In this document: positions 20,373 to 31,224 of the stretch, piece by piece
How positions within the stretch are numbered: position 1 is the first letter of the stretch
How the letters are laid out: the number at the start of each line of letters is the position of its first letter
Origin: an uncultured delta proteobacterium
GTDB lineage: Bacteria > Desulfobacterota > RBG-13-43-22
NCBI GenBank assembly: GCA_963711835.1
Contig: CAVQFQ010000009.1
Coordinates: forward strand, 18,601-82,600
DNA length: 64,000 bases
Direction: 5' to 3'
Program-made: the position numbers and the translations under genes
The notes under the pieces: generated by a model
The model's database searches: none
What the model saw: only the letters and a program-made list of their open reading frames with translations
What the model was told of the DNA's origin: nothing

Positions 20373-20408
20373 GTCGCAATCCCTTCTGATCAGGTCATCC
20401 ATTCCAAT
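20373..20408 (-). CRISPR. Orphan CRISPR-like repeat R1 with leader-like flank (about 20409-20600) and spacer-like segment (about 20335-20372)
   Basis: Minus strand reads ATTGGAATGGATGACCTGATCAGAAGGGATTGCGAC (36 nt), with an ATTGCGAC 3' end resembling type III repeats; non-coding AT-rich flank upstream; no cas genes in the window. Confidence 0.6.
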
Positions 20409-20607
20409 CGTGGGTCCGTTTTTTGAAAAATTATTTGGTACTTACGTACCATTTTTCGCCAACTCCCGCTAATACTATGCTCTTTCATTTGTGCCCCCTC
20501 CTTTCCGCACCAATAGCGCTTCAAGCAATCCAATACCGCCTCCAACGTTTTTCCCCTTTATATCTGAATTCCCTCCTTATCCTTATTTAAACCTAAACGG
20601 ATGGCTT

Positions 20608-20841
20608 TTATAAAGGGGTATTACTTCGAACAACAAACGGGTTCGGGTAGGCAGTATAATACGGCAGGTCGGAAAGTGCCGGAATGTCCTCGTCCGGGCC
20701 GATGGGGAATCCCTCGATCTTGCCGAAATTGGGGTCCTTCAACTTCTCGTGCAGCTTCTCCAGGAAGTGCTTCCGCCGCTCCTCGTCATTTGGGAAAGTC
20801 ATACCGAGACATTCAACCGGCTGGTTTTTCTTGGTTTTCAT
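20608..20841 (-). pseudogene. N-terminal fragment of a BREX-associated DNA methyltransferase
   Basis: VECLGMTFPNDEERRKHFLEKL...IEGFPIG.DEDI.ALSD.PYYTA.PNPF, then a premature stop. Confidence 0.7.
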
Positions 20842-21051
20842 CTCTTCTTCGAGGGATTTATCAAATAACTCCCCCTGCCCCGAAGGGTCCCGGAACAATC
20901 GCCGAGTATTAACATCTCTGCTTCTTCTACCGGCCATAGGGAAAGCCACTTAACCATTTTAATTAATTATGAAAACTGTTAATGCTCAACATGCCAATCA
21001 TGAGCATTTGCCTTGGTATTTGTTCGAAGCTAATGCGATTTTAATGCTCGC

Positions 21052-21099
21052 GCGCATAGAATTGCGCATAAAATAGTTTCTATGAGTAATTCTATGCGC
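21052..21099. terminator. Long hairpin directly after the AlbA_2 gene stop
   Basis: gcgcatagaattgcgcataaaa / ttctatgagtaattctatgcgc pair at 19 of 22 positions. Confidence 0.5.
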
Positions 21100-22814
21100 T
21101 ATCTTATAGAATACACATAGCGAGCCCAGCGCCTCTTTCCATTTATCCTGATTTGAGCATTCTCCCCCATGAGTTCATGCATTAATCTTCTGATTTGATT
21201 TCGATCATAATGAACAATTTGGCGGATATCGGCATTTGAAAGCCCCGGATCACCTCGCTTGGCCCGTTCCATCAGAATGCTTAGAACCCTGGTCTTGGCT
21301 GCCTCCCAATCGATTCGTCGGTCTCGCTCGGGGTGTCCTGGTCCGGCGAGACGACGATAGGTATCCGGCCGGAAGGACCAGTAGGTTCCCTTGCCTGTCC
21401 CCCCTCGTTCGAGATAAGACATCTGCTGTTCCATATCGGTTAATATATCTCTAACCTGGACTTCTGGGCGCTGGCAGAGGCGGGAAGCAGTTATGGTGTC
21501 AATCTCGGGGTGAGTCATTAGTTGCTGGAAAATCAAGAGATGGTCCACAGAAAATGAGCGTCCGCGCTGGTTTTCCTCAGCTACAAAAATTCGAAAAGCC
21601 GGGGAAAAATCACGTCGGTTAAACGTCACAGTAACCGACTCTCCGCTTTCATGGATCAGGGGTGGTTCCTTACCTTCGATCAAAAGGGCCTCGAACATCC
21701 GACCGATACCGAGGTTACTCCGATTTACCAAGCGCAATTTGGCTAAGGCATTAACCAGGAGGAGATTTCGAGCCGCCGGTTGATGGTGGAGAATGTTTTC
21801 GGGTGTAATGCCGGCAATAAACCCGCCGGGATTGCTTATCTCTAACTTCCCTTGGAACTGCTTGACGAGAACCGGACCCGAAAGTCGGTAATCTGCATGA
21901 CAAAGGGCGTTAAGGAGCACTTCTCGCAGGGCGATTTCGGGATAGGTCCGATACTCAAAGTGGAACATCCCCTGTTTCAAGGTTGTAATAGGATTGTCGG
22001 CATTGATCCGGTCCAACAACCGAAAAAGGGCAATAGCCAGGGCATCCGTCCCGTCGGCCCGATCGGAGTAGCGTGTATCAGTATCCATCCGCAAATGGGT
22101 CCAAACATATCCGGGAAACCAACGTCGAATAGCTGTTTCAGTTCCTGCCAGCAAGATGCCGGCCCGAGAAAGACGACCCGAACGCATCACTCCAATCTGA
22201 GCCAGTAGATCCTGGTCGGTCATCTGCAGCAATTCTTCAGGAGCCCGTTCCCGCCGGGCGGCGTCTCGAAGACGCTCCATGGCCGAGGCTGAAATAAAAT
22301 CTTGGGGTCGACCGTCTACATTTTCAGCGGTGAAATCGGTTTCACCCGTTTCAACCATGATTCGTCGGCGTAGCGTACCGGTTAAAGGTTGGCAATCCCT
22401 TCCAATACGGACCTTTCCCCCGCCTGAGGTGTCGGTGTATGGAGGGATTCCTGGGTAAACCTGCATGACCAAAATACGTCCTGTGCCTTCTGGAACCAAA
22501 AGTTCCTCGAAAACCGGCGTCAACTTAGGGTCCGTGGAATCATAGACAGTCTTTTTTAGGCGGTTCACATCAATTTCCGGGGGAACGCCAAGAATAGCCT
22601 TTCCCCTACCAATCGCCTTGTCGTTGACTCCAAATACTACCGTCCCCCCGCCACCGTTTGCCATACAGATTGCCATTTCGAGAACTTGAGACACGGCATC
22701 CTTTAGACTGCGGGATTTCCATTCTTTGAATTCGAGGTCTTGATCCTCAAGATCATCCGCCGAACGGATTTCGATTTCTGCAAGAAGTTTCTGGATATCG
22801 TCTCTACTGCGCAT
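21099..22814 (-). CDS. AlbA_2 (Schlafen-like) domain + HATPase_c_4/RecG-C-like + HTH protein
   Basis: EDQDLEFKE, MANGGGGTVVFGVND, LREVLLNALCHADY, ISNPGG and NLGIGRM motifs. Confidence 0.85.
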   Translation of the reverse strand: MRSRDDIQKLLAEIEIRSADDLEDQDLEFKEWKSRSLKDAVSQVLEMAICMANGGGGTVVFGVNDKAIGRGKAILGVPPEIDVNRLKKTVYDSTDPKLTPVFEELLVPEGTGRILVMQVYPGIPPYTDTSGGGKVRIGRDCQPLTGTLRRRIMVETGETDFTAENVDGRPQDFISASAMERLRDAARRERAPEELLQMTDQDLLAQIGVMRSGRLSRAGILLAGTETAIRRWFPGYVWTHLRMDTDTRYSDRADGTDALAIALFRLLDRINADNPITTLKQGMFHFEYRTYPEIALREVLLNALCHADYRLSGPVLVKQFQGKLEISNPGGFIAGITPENILHHQPAARNLLLVNALAKLRLVNRSNLGIGRMFEALLIEGKEPPLIHESGESVTVTFNRRDFSPAFRIFVAEENQRGRSFSVDHLLIFQQLMTHPEIDTITASRLCQRPEVQVRDILTDMEQQMSYLERGGTGKGTYWSFRPDTYRRLAGPGHPERDRRIDWEAAKTRVLSILMERAKRGDPGLSNADIRQIVHYDRNQIRRLMHELMGENAQIRINGKRRWARYVYSIR

Positions 22815-22816
22815 AA

Positions 22817-22903
22817 CTATTCCAACACGATCCGCACGTTGCCGGGCTCCTTGCCCTTGGTGAGTTGGTCCAGGTATTCCTCGAACCGTTTCCTCATCTC
22901 CGC
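22817..22903 (-). pseudogene. C-terminal fragment of a DUF6079-type (BREX-3 BrxC-like) ATPase
   Basis: Minus strand translates to [28 protein letters not shown], ending 2 bp before the AlbA_2 start. Confidence 0.6.
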
Positions 22904-23193
22904 TTCCTTTATAATGCTGCCGTGTAAAAAAGGCCCAAATCCTGATTATAGGAAAAGGGCCTTTTCATGTTCAACCAATCCTCCCCAAGTTAAGGTTAAA
23001 GGGAAAAAGAAAAGAAAAATTAGTAAGATAGAAAGGAAATAGCACAGCCATTCGGCTTTGTCAATGCCGGATAACATCCTAAATGCACCCCCTAATTTTC
23101 GACATAGGCTGTTTTTTATCGGTGTTTGTCGGTGGATTATGAATTGTTCACTTTGTTGATTCTATTCTTGATTTATACTATGGTAACTCAATT

Positions 23194-24816
23194 ATGGGGA
23201 AGAACGATGGGAACAATGGCTCCTGGCTCACTCTGGAGGATTTATCTCAACTCAAGGCCTTGGGCATCTCAGAAAGCAAGGTGCGAGAGCAAATTGCCCT
23301 CTGTCAAAACCCCCCTGCCTGTCTTACGATCGACCGTCCCTGCACCCTGGGAGACGGGATCGAACGGATCCCTCCCGAACAGATAACACGCTGTCTCCGC
23401 GAACAGGAAAAGGCCGCTCACCAGGGCCGCTTTCTGAAATTTGTCCCGGCCTCCGGTGCGGCCAGCCGCATGTTCCAGACTTTGCTGCAGGGCTATTATG
23501 ATCTACCGGCCTTGGGACTGAAGGACCTCGGCCGACGAGCGGAAAAGGGGGATCGGCCGGCCGGGGAGGTGCATCATTTTTTCCAGTCTCTTGACCGGTT
23601 TGCTTTTTATGAGGATCTGGGCAAACGGTTGGCCCGGGACGGGTATGCCCTGGAGGAGTTAAGACGGCAGGGGAAGTGGCAGCTCATCCTGGAAACCCTT
23701 TTATTCCAGCCGGGATTAAACTACAGCCAGCTGCCCAAGGGTTTGTTAAAATTTCACCTTTATCCCCAGCGCAGCCGAACCGCTTTTGAAGAACATCTGG
23801 TTGAGGCCGCGGAAACCATTAAAAACGACCGGGGGATCTGCCGGCTTCATCTGACCGTGGCCCCGGGATTTGAAGAAGCTTTTATCCGGCTTTTTGAAGA
23901 AGTAAGGCCCTTCTACGAGGGCCAGTGGGGGTATCGCTTCGAAGTCTCCTGGTCCAGTCAAAATCCGGCCACCGATACGCCGGCCGTTGACCTGAATCTG
24001 CGGCCATTCCGGGAAAAAGACGGGCGGCTTCACTTCCGGCCCGGAGGCCACGGCGCGCTCCTGGCCAATCTCAACGATCTCAACGGCGATCTGGTCTATC
24101 TCAAAAACATTGACAACGTCCTGCCGGATCGATTAAAAGGCCCGACCATCCTCTGGAAAAAAATCCTGGGGGGATACCTGGTTCAGATTCAGCAGGAGGT
24201 TCACACCTATCTGGAACGATTGACCGCCGAGGAGAATAATCCCGATTTGCTGAAGGAAGTCCGGGAATTTTATTTCGAAAAGTTAAAACTCCCCGGACCG
24301 ATCCTCTTCAATCAATGGGAGCTAAAGGAACAAAAAGGCTTCTTAATAAGAAAATTAAACCGCCCCATCCGGGTCTGCGGGATGGTTAAAAATGAGGGAG
24401 AACCCGGCGGCGGGCCATTCTGGGTCGTTGATAAGGAAGGCTTTTTGACCCTTCAGATCGTTGAAATGGCCCAGGTGGATTCTCTTTCCCCGGAACAACA
24501 GGCCCTGTGGGCTGCGGCGACTCATTTTAATCCCGTGGACCTGGTTTGCGCCCTGCGCGATTTTCAGGGCCGGCCCTTCGAGCTGCAGCGGCACGTCGAT
24601 CCGGAAGCGGTTTTTATAACCCGAAAATCGCAAGAAGGCAGGACCCTTAAGGCCCTGGAACTGCCCGGACTCTGGAACGGGAGCATGTCCGACTGGATGA
24701 CTTTCTTTATTGAAGTACCCGGCAGCACCTTTTCTCCGGTCAAAACCATCCTGGACCTTCTCAAACCCGAGCATCGGAGAGATCCCCTTTATATCCCTTC
24801 CCCGTCCGAAAGCTGA
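23194..24816 (+). CDS. DUF4301 family protein
   Basis: KFVPASGAASRMF, LPKGLLKFH, FRPGGHGALL, GEPGGGPFW, THFNPVD and LELPGLWNG motifs. Confidence 0.9.
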   Translation: MGKNDGNNGSWLTLEDLSQLKALGISESKVREQIALCQNPPACLTIDRPCTLGDGIERIPPEQITRCLREQEKAAHQGRFLKFVPASGAASRMFQTLLQGYYDLPALGLKDLGRRAEKGDRPAGEVHHFFQSLDRFAFYEDLGKRLARDGYALEELRRQGKWQLILETLLFQPGLNYSQLPKGLLKFHLYPQRSRTAFEEHLVEAAETIKNDRGICRLHLTVAPGFEEAFIRLFEEVRPFYEGQWGYRFEVSWSSQNPATDTPAVDLNLRPFREKDGRLHFRPGGHGALLANLNDLNGDLVYLKNIDNVLPDRLKGPTILWKKILGGYLVQIQQEVHTYLERLTAEENNPDLLKEVREFYFEKLKLPGPILFNQWELKEQKGFLIRKLNRPIRVCGMVKNEGEPGGGPFWVVDKEGFLTLQIVEMAQVDSLSPEQQALWAAATHFNPVDLVCALRDFQGRPFELQRHVDPEAVFITRKSQEGRTLKALELPGLWNGSMSDWMTFFIEVPGSTFSPVKTILDLLKPEHRRDPLYIPSPSES

Positions 24817-25010
24817 CCAAAGCAATTTGAAATTTTCTCCTCGGAGGGAACTCCTCCGGAAATGATTTTTTGGTCAATTGTGACCCATTTCTCCTCGGGG
24901 AGGGAAGTCCGCCGCGGCGGATTTAGCGGTCCAATGAAAGAGTAAGAGAACCATTCTCAGATTAGGGAGGTAACAATCTAAGCGGTCTAATTTATTTATA
25001 GAAATAAAGT

Positions 25011-25039
25011 TTGACATCGGAAATTAAAGAAGTTATTAT
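25011..25039 (+). promoter_or_regulatory. Sigma70 promoter of the tRNA-Gly/rimP unit
   Basis: TTGACA-17 bp-TATTAT with an AT-rich upstream region. Confidence 0.75.
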
Positions 25040-25054
25040 TATCCGTTTAGGAAA

Positions 25055-25130
25055 GCGGGCATAGCTCAGTTGGTAGAGTACAAGCTTCCCAAGCTTGGTG
25101 TCGCGGGTTCGAATCCCGTTGCCCGCTCCA
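25055..25130 (+). tRNA. tRNA-Gly (CCC)
   Basis: 76-nt cloverleaf; anticodon arm caagc-ttCCCaa-gcttg, T-loop GTTCGAATC, encoded CCA. Confidence 0.96.
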
Positions 25131-25285
25131 TTTTTGATTTGTTTTCAGGTAGTTCCCTTTTTGAGGTAGGTCTTCGTTTCCGGAGGGTTAGTCCCGGGGA
25201 GGCAGACCATCACTTCGAAGAGCGGATGAGTTGATAGGCTTCAGTATTTTTGGATAGACCATATCAATTTGTTTCTGCTTTTGGA

Positions 25286-25310
25286 AGTGGGCCTCGGCCC
25301 ATTTTTTTTT
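25286..25310 (+). terminator. Terminator-like hairpin in the rimP leader
   Basis: gtgggc-ctcg-gcccat followed by a T-run, upstream of rimP. Confidence 0.6.
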
Positions 25311-25472
25311 CTTCGGGCCGGAAAAGGTCTAACCAAAGATCTTTGAAATTTTCACTAAAGTCCCAAAGAAATGGTGTAAGGATCCGGCCTGACCCCTTAC
25401 ACCTGATAAAAGTTAGAGATAAATTCCCAGAATTAAGAAGGATAGAATCAAAGGAATCAGCCGGGTAAGCCC

Positions 25473-25943
25473 ATGACGGTTCACTTAAAAACGGATCCGG
25501 ATAGAATCGCTGAAGTGGTCGAAGCCCTGCTCCGGTCCGAGGGGCTGGAGCTGGTGGATTGGCAGTTCAGAAAGGAAGGCCGCTCCTGGGTTCTCAGGAT
25601 CTTTATCGATAAACCCGGGGGGGTAACCCTCGATGATTGTGCGGACCTAAGCCGGGAGCTGGGAGATCAGATCGAAGTCAATAAACTGATCCCCCATGCC
25701 TATATCCTGGAAGTTTCTTCCCCCGGTTTAGACCGCCCCCTTAAGAAAGAAAAAGATTATTTAGGCAGTATTGGAAAATTGATTCAATTAACCATCCGCC
25801 CCCCTATCGAAGGACAGAGTTTTTTTAAAGGCATCCTGCTGGACTATACTCCCTCCGGGGGTTTGGTCTTGAGAGAAGGGGAAAAAACAAGGGAGATCCC
25901 TGTTTCTCAAATCAACAAAGCCCGCCTGGTCTTTGAAGGTTAG
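25473..25943 (+). CDS. rimP: Ribosome maturation factor RimP
   Basis: LRIFIDKPGGVTLDDC and YILEVSSPGLDRPL motifs; operon position. Confidence 0.95.
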   Translation: MTVHLKTDPDRIAEVVEALLRSEGLELVDWQFRKEGRSWVLRIFIDKPGGVTLDDCADLSRELGDQIEVNKLIPHAYILEVSSPGLDRPLKKEKDYLGSIGKLIQLTIRPPIEGQSFFKGILLDYTPSGGLVLREGEKTREIPVSQINKARLVFEG

Positions 25944-26009
25944 TCAACCTCTGTGTTGAACGAACCGTTTACGGGGATGTCATAAAAACCATTGGAGGAG
26001 TAATAGGTT

Positions 26010-27395
26010 ATGGGCCTCATTCAAAAAAAAGAAAAGGAACCGGCCGGTATCCCCCCCCTTGAACTCAAAAGGGTAATCGACCAGATCAGTCGGGACAAGG
26101 GGATTGATAAAAACGTACTGATTTCGACACTGGTCGAGGCCATTCGATCGGCCGCTAAAAAGAAATTGGGTTTAAAGAGGGAAATCGAGGTCACTTATAA
26201 TGAAGGATTGGGGGAGATCGAGGTCTTTGAATTCAAGGAAGTGGCGGAGAAGGTCAAAGATCCCCAGGCCCAAATTTCCCTGGAAGAAGGAAAAAAATTA
26301 GATCCCGAGTGCGAACTGGGAGATAGTTTGGGCGTTAAAATGGACACCGGCTCTTTTGGCCGCATTGCCGCCCAATCGGCTAAGCAGGTCATTATTCAAC
26401 GGATGAAGGACGCGGAACGGGATATTATTTATGACGACTTTAAAGACCGAAGAGGAGAAGTGATCAACGGTATTGTTCAACGATTTGACAAGGGGACGGT
26501 CATTGTCAACCTGGGAAGAACCGAGGCCATCCTGCCCATAACGGAGCAAATCCCCAGCGAGAACTATAAGCAGGGAGATCGTATCCGGGCTTATGTGCTG
26601 GATGTAAAAAAAATAAGCAAAGGGCCTCAGATCCTTCTCTCTCGAACCCACCCCCAATTCCTGGCCGCCCTTTTTGAAATGGAAGTCCCGGAGGTTGCCG
26701 AGAAAATCGTTCGTGTGGTCAATGTCGTCAGGGAACCGGGCAGCCGCTCAAAGATGGCCGTATCTAGCGAAGACAAGGATGTGGACCCCGTAGGGGCCTG
26801 TGTGGGCATGAAGGGAAACCGGGTGCAGAACGTGGTTCAAGAACTCCGCGGGGAAAAGATCGACATTATTCCCTGGAGTCCGGACCAGGCTAAATATATT
26901 TGTAAGGCCCTGGCCCCGGCTGAAGTCATCCGGGTCATCATTGATGAGGTAAATCGCTCTATGGAAGTCGTAGTTCCCGACGAGCAGTTGTCGCTGGCCA
27001 TCGGTAAAAAAGGACAAAACGTCCGCTTGGCCTCACGCCTGACCGGCTGGAAGATCGATGTCAAAAGCGAATCCAAATATACCAAGTCCATGCGCGATGG
27101 GTACCAATCCCTGCTCCAGATCGTCGGGGTGGGAGAAGCCACCGCCGATGCTTTGTATAAGGGGGGCTTTGAGTCGGCTAAGGAAGTAGCCGAAGCCCAG
27201 GCAGAGGAGTTGATCCAGATCACCGGTATCACCCCCAAGAAGGCTGAAAAATTAATGGAGGCCGCCAAGGAGTTCCTGCAGCTTACCCAGCCCAAGGAGA
27301 CTTCCGAGGATTCCGAGGAGCCCGGACCGGAGACGCCTGGTTCCCGGGAAGGGTCCGAGGAGGAATCTCCCGAAACGGAGGAGCAGTCTTCCTAA
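26010..27395 (+). CDS. nusA: Transcription termination factor NusA
   Basis: [12 protein letters not shown]1 and KH domains, [24 protein letters not shown]. Confidence 0.97.
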   Translation: MGLIQKKEKEPAGIPPLELKRVIDQISRDKGIDKNVLISTLVEAIRSAAKKKLGLKREIEVTYNEGLGEIEVFEFKEVAEKVKDPQAQISLEEGKKLDPECELGDSLGVKMDTGSFGRIAAQSAKQVIIQRMKDAERDIIYDDFKDRRGEVINGIVQRFDKGTVIVNLGRTEAILPITEQIPSENYKQGDRIRAYVLDVKKISKGPQILLSRTHPQFLAALFEMEVPEVAEKIVRVVNVVREPGSRSKMAVSSEDKDVDPVGACVGMKGNRVQNVVQELRGEKIDIIPWSPDQAKYICKALAPAEVIRVIIDEVNRSMEVVVPDEQLSLAIGKKGQNVRLASRLTGWKIDVKSESKYTKSMRDGYQSLLQIVGVGEATADALYKGGFESAKEVAEAQAEELIQITGITPKKAEKLMEAAKEFLQLTQPKETSEDSEEPGPETPGSREGSEEESPETEEQSS

Positions 27396-27402
27396 AGCGA
27401 GT

Positions 27403-27681
27403 ATGCTTGGTGTGGAACGGACCTGTCGCGCCTGTCGAAAAAAAAAGAATAAAAACGAATTGCTTCGATTCGTCATCGTTGACAACAAGGTACTGAAAGC
27501 GGATCCCAAAAAAATATTGCCGGGCCGCGGCTGGTACCTATGCCCTGAACCTTCTTGCCTGTCTCTATTGGGGATCCCCAATAGGTCCCGCCGGGCCTTC
27601 GGGCGCCCGGTAGAGATCGGCCCTGAGTTAAAAGAACAACTAACGATTCCGCCGCCGGGGGGAGAGCATGGCCAAAATTAG
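27403..27681 (+). CDS. ylxR: YlxR (DUF448) RNA-binding protein
   Basis: RTCRACR...LLRFV...PGRGWYLC; lies between nusA and infB. Confidence 0.85.
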   Translation: MLGVERTCRACRKKKNKNELLRFVIVDNKVLKADPKKILPGRGWYLCPEPSCLSLLGIPNRSRRAFGRPVEIGPELKEQLTIPPPGGEHGQN

Positions 27682-30326
27682 AGTTTATGAATTAGCCAAA
27701 GAACTTCAGATGGAGAATAAGGCACTGGTCGATCTGGTTCGAGAAATGGGGATTGAAGTGAAAAGTCATTCTTCGTCCCTGACCGAGGAGGAAGTTTCCC
27801 TGATAAAGGGACATATACAAGGAACAAAATCCCTGGTCGTGGAAGAACAACGGATCCAATCAGGGGTTATCCGGCGCAGGAAAAAAATTGTCGAGGTCCA
27901 GCCCCCGCCCGAAGCAGCCCAGCCGGTCCGGGAACCATTGCCCGTGGAAGAGACACCGCCGTCAAAACCTGAGCCGGGTGTTCCTTCGGCCTTTGAACCT
28001 CAGGCGGTGCAGGAAGCCGGAGTGGTTCCGGAGCAGCCGGTCGAAGCCCTTCCGAAGGTTCCCCCCCAACCGGTTTCCGAGAAGAAGGCGGTCCATAAGA
28101 AAATTGATGAAAAAGAAGGCCTTCTGCCGACAGCCGGGGAGGTCAAGGTCAAACCGGTCAAGCCCCTCAAACCACCCAAAGAAGCGGCTGCCCGGGTGGT
28201 TCGGCCGGCCGAAAGTCCGGCCAAGATAATCCGGCCGGCGGAAACAATCACCAAGGCCGGCCGCCCCGGAGAGGGTCCGGCCAGGGGTCCCCAGTCTGCC
28301 AAGACCGCGGCTCCCCCGGCCAAAGGGGAAGAGAAAAAGACCGAGAAAGAGGCCTTAAAGGAAAAAATAATCCCCAAGAGAAAAGGAAAGACCGTCAAGG
28401 GAGCCGAGGAGGACGCTACCAAGGCCAAGGTCTTTAAAAGGAAGAAAGAAGTCCTGGAGCGGGAAGATTTATACGAGGGACCGGGTAAGGAAGGCCGGGC
28501 TTACCGGGCGATTAAAGGCGGGAAATTAACGGCCAAGAAGTTTAAAAAAACCGAAATTACCACCCCCAAGGCGATCAAGCGGCGCCTAAAAATTGCCGAA
28601 GCCATTAATGTCAATGAATTGGCCAGGCGCCTGGGCATTAAGGGGTACCGATCTGATGAAAAAATTAATTGCCCTGGGGTTGATGGTGACTTTGAACCAA
28701 TCCATTGATTACGAGGCCGCCGCCCTGGTGGCCGGTGAATTCGGTTACGAGGTGGAAAAGGTTTCCTTTGAAGAAGAACAGCTCATCAAACTTCATGCCG
28801 ATCTCCCGGAAGAATTAAGACCGCGCCCACCGGTAGTCACCATTATGGGTCACGTGGATCACGGAAAAACCTCCCTGCTGGATATGGTGCGCAAAACCAA
28901 TGTAACGGGTGGGGAAGCAGGAGGTATTACCCAGCATATCGGCGCCTACCATGTCAAGTTGGACCGGGGAGAGATCGTTTTCTTAGACACCCCGGGCCAT
29001 GAAGCCTTTACCGCCATGCGGGCTCGGGGGGCCCAAGTAACGGATATCGTGGTCTTGGTAGTGGCGGCCGATGACGGCATGATGCAGCAGACCAAAGAGG
29101 CGATTGACCATGCCCGGGCCGCCGGAGTACCTATTATTGTGGCCGTCAATAAAATCGACAAACCCAATGCCAATCCGGACCGGGTCAAAAGGCAACTGGC
29201 CGAATACGGACTGACGCCGGAAGACTGGGGTGGAGAAACCATCTTCGCCGAGGTTTCGGCTAAGACCGGCCAGGGCGTCGAAACTCTTCTGGAATTAATT
29301 CTCCTGCAGGCCGAGGTTTTGGAACTCAAGGCCAATCCCAACAAATTGGCTCTCGGCCATATCATCGAAGCCAAATTGGACAAAGGCCGGGGGCCGGTGG
29401 CGACCGTCCTGATCCAGGGAGGCACCTTGCGAACCGGTGACCCCTTTATCTGCGGGATCCACTTTGGGAAGGTGCGGGCCCTTTACAACGAATTGGGACA
29501 CAGGGTCGACCAGGCCCCGCCCTCCATACCGGTGGAGGTCCATGGTTTTAGCGGTGTTCCCCCGGCCGGGGAAGAATTTGTCGCCTGCGAGGATGAGCGC
29601 AAGGCCAAACAGCTCAGCCTGTCCCGTCTCCAGAAGAAACGGGAAGCCGAACTGTCCAAAACCAGCAAAATCACCTTGGAAAAACTCTATGAACAGATCC
29701 AGGAGGGGGAGGTCAAGGAACTCAATATCATCCTCAAGGCCGATGTCCAGGGGTCCTTGGAGGCCATTGGGGATGCCCTCCATAAATTAAGCACCCCGGC
29801 CATTAAGGTGAATCTGCTCCACAACTCTCCCGGGGCCATAACCGAGACCGATGTCATGCTGGCCTCGGCTTCCAAGGCCATCATCATCGGTTTTAACGTC
29901 CGGCCCAATTACAAAGTACAGGAATTGGGTGAGCAGGAACAGGTGGATATCCGTTACTACGATATTATCTATCAACTGGTTTCCGAGGTCAAGGATGCCA
30001 TGGTGGGGATGCTGGACCCGGTGCACAAGGTAGTCGTTCAGGGCCATGCCGAAATCCGGGAACTCTTTCATGTCCCCAAGATAGGCGGCATCGCCGGTAG
30101 TTTTGTTACCGACGGAAAAATGGAAAGAAACGCCAAGGCCCGCTTGCTCAGGGAAAACGTGGTCATTTACGACGGCCGGATCTCTTCCCTGAGAAGGATC
30201 AAGGATGATGTCAAAGAGGTGGCGGCCGGATACGAATGCGGGATCAAATTAGAGGATTACAACGATATCAAGGTGGGCGATATCATTGAGTCGTACCTGG
30301 TCGAGGAGATCAAACCGGAACTGTAA
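27668..30326 (+). CDS. infB: Translation initiation factor IF-2, one frameshift in a G-run near 28640
   Basis: [14 protein letters not shown]-terminus; [13 protein letters not shown] and NKID GTPase motifs; removing one G from aaggggtacc joins the two ORFs. Confidence 0.95.
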
Positions 30327-30392
30327 GGCGCGGGCGGAGGCCTTTAACGGCCTTGCCCCACGATTATCTTCAACCCTGACAGAGAACCGTCT

Positions 30393-30680
30393 ATGATCAT
30401 CGGCATTTTAGAACTGGTGCTCCGGCTGCCCGATTCCCATTCCCTAAAGGCCAAGCGCCAGGTGATCAAGAGCATTAAAGACAAGGTCCGGAACCGTTTT
30501 AACGTCTCCATGGCCGAGGTGGGGGACCACGATCTCTGGCAGACAGCCCGGTTGGGGGTCTGCACCCTGGGTAACGATCGGGCCCATCTCAATGCCCGAT
30601 TGGATCAGGTCCTTAATTTTATCGAGGGCCTTCACCTGGCCAGCGACCTGGAGTTCCAACTGGATTTTTTGGATTATTGA
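30393..30680 (+). CDS. ylxP: DUF503 (YlxP) protein
   Basis: SHSLKAKRQVIKSI...FNVSMAEVGDHDLWQ. Confidence 0.88.
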   Translation: MIIGILELVLRLPDSHSLKAKRQVIKSIKDKVRNRFNVSMAEVGDHDLWQTARLGVCTLGNDRAHLNARLDQVLNFIEGLHLASDLEFQLDFLDY

Positions 30681-30861
30681 GACCGCGTCGTAACTCGTAT
30701 CCATCTGGAAATCGGGAGGTTCCGGATGGGACGTTCGGCCGTCAGCTCTAGACTTTTATTTGTTAGGTTTTTTGCTGAAAGCTGATCGCTGATAGCTTTG
30801 ATCCGGAAAGCATCTTGTCCGGATGAACACACACTTACTTCGAAAGACGACAGGCATCACT

Positions 30862-31224
30862 GTGGCTAAGCCCAAGCGAACCGTCCAGGTGGGCGGTTTG
30901 ATCCAAAAAGAGATTTCGGAAATATTGGTACGAAAGGTCAAGGATCCCCGGACGGAAATGGTCACCATCACCGGGGTGGAAGTCTCTCCGGACCTGAAGT
31001 TGGCCAAGATCTATTTTAATCGCCATGGGGGTCCCGAGGATATTCAGCGCAGTTTGGAGGGCCTCCAGGGAGCCTCCGGTTTTATCAAAAGAGAACTGGG
31101 AGCCCGTCTAAAATTGCGCCATGTCCCGGACCTTATGTTTATCCATGATAAGTCGTTTGAATACGGAGACCGCATCGAGTCCTTGTTAAAGGATCTTTTT
31201 CCGAAAAAGGAAGCGGAGGAATAA
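30862..31224 (+). CDS. rbfA: Ribosome-binding factor A
   Basis: KDPR...VTITGVEVSPDLKLAK...LRHVPDLMFIHD; GTG start inferred. Confidence 0.93.
   Translation: MAKPKRTVQVGGLIQKEISEILVRKVKDPRTEMVTITGVEVSPDLKLAKIYFNRHGGPEDIQRSLEGLQGASGFIKRELGARLKLRHVPDLMFIHDKSFEYGDRIESLLKDLFPKKEAEE

Noticed and set aside
24834-24925. Direct repeat tttctcctcgg(gg)agggaa and a short GC palindrome
   Set aside because: Two short copies only, with no array structure or assignable function.
25055-25130. tRNA-Gly as the integration site of the TA/defence island
   Set aside because: No duplicated tRNA 3' end or integrase was seen, and the island is separated from the tRNA by the DUF4301 gene.
28593-28708. Programmed frameshift or split infB
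   Set aside because: One extra G in a homopolymer explains it; there is no slippery heptamer, and similar indels occur elsewhere in the window.
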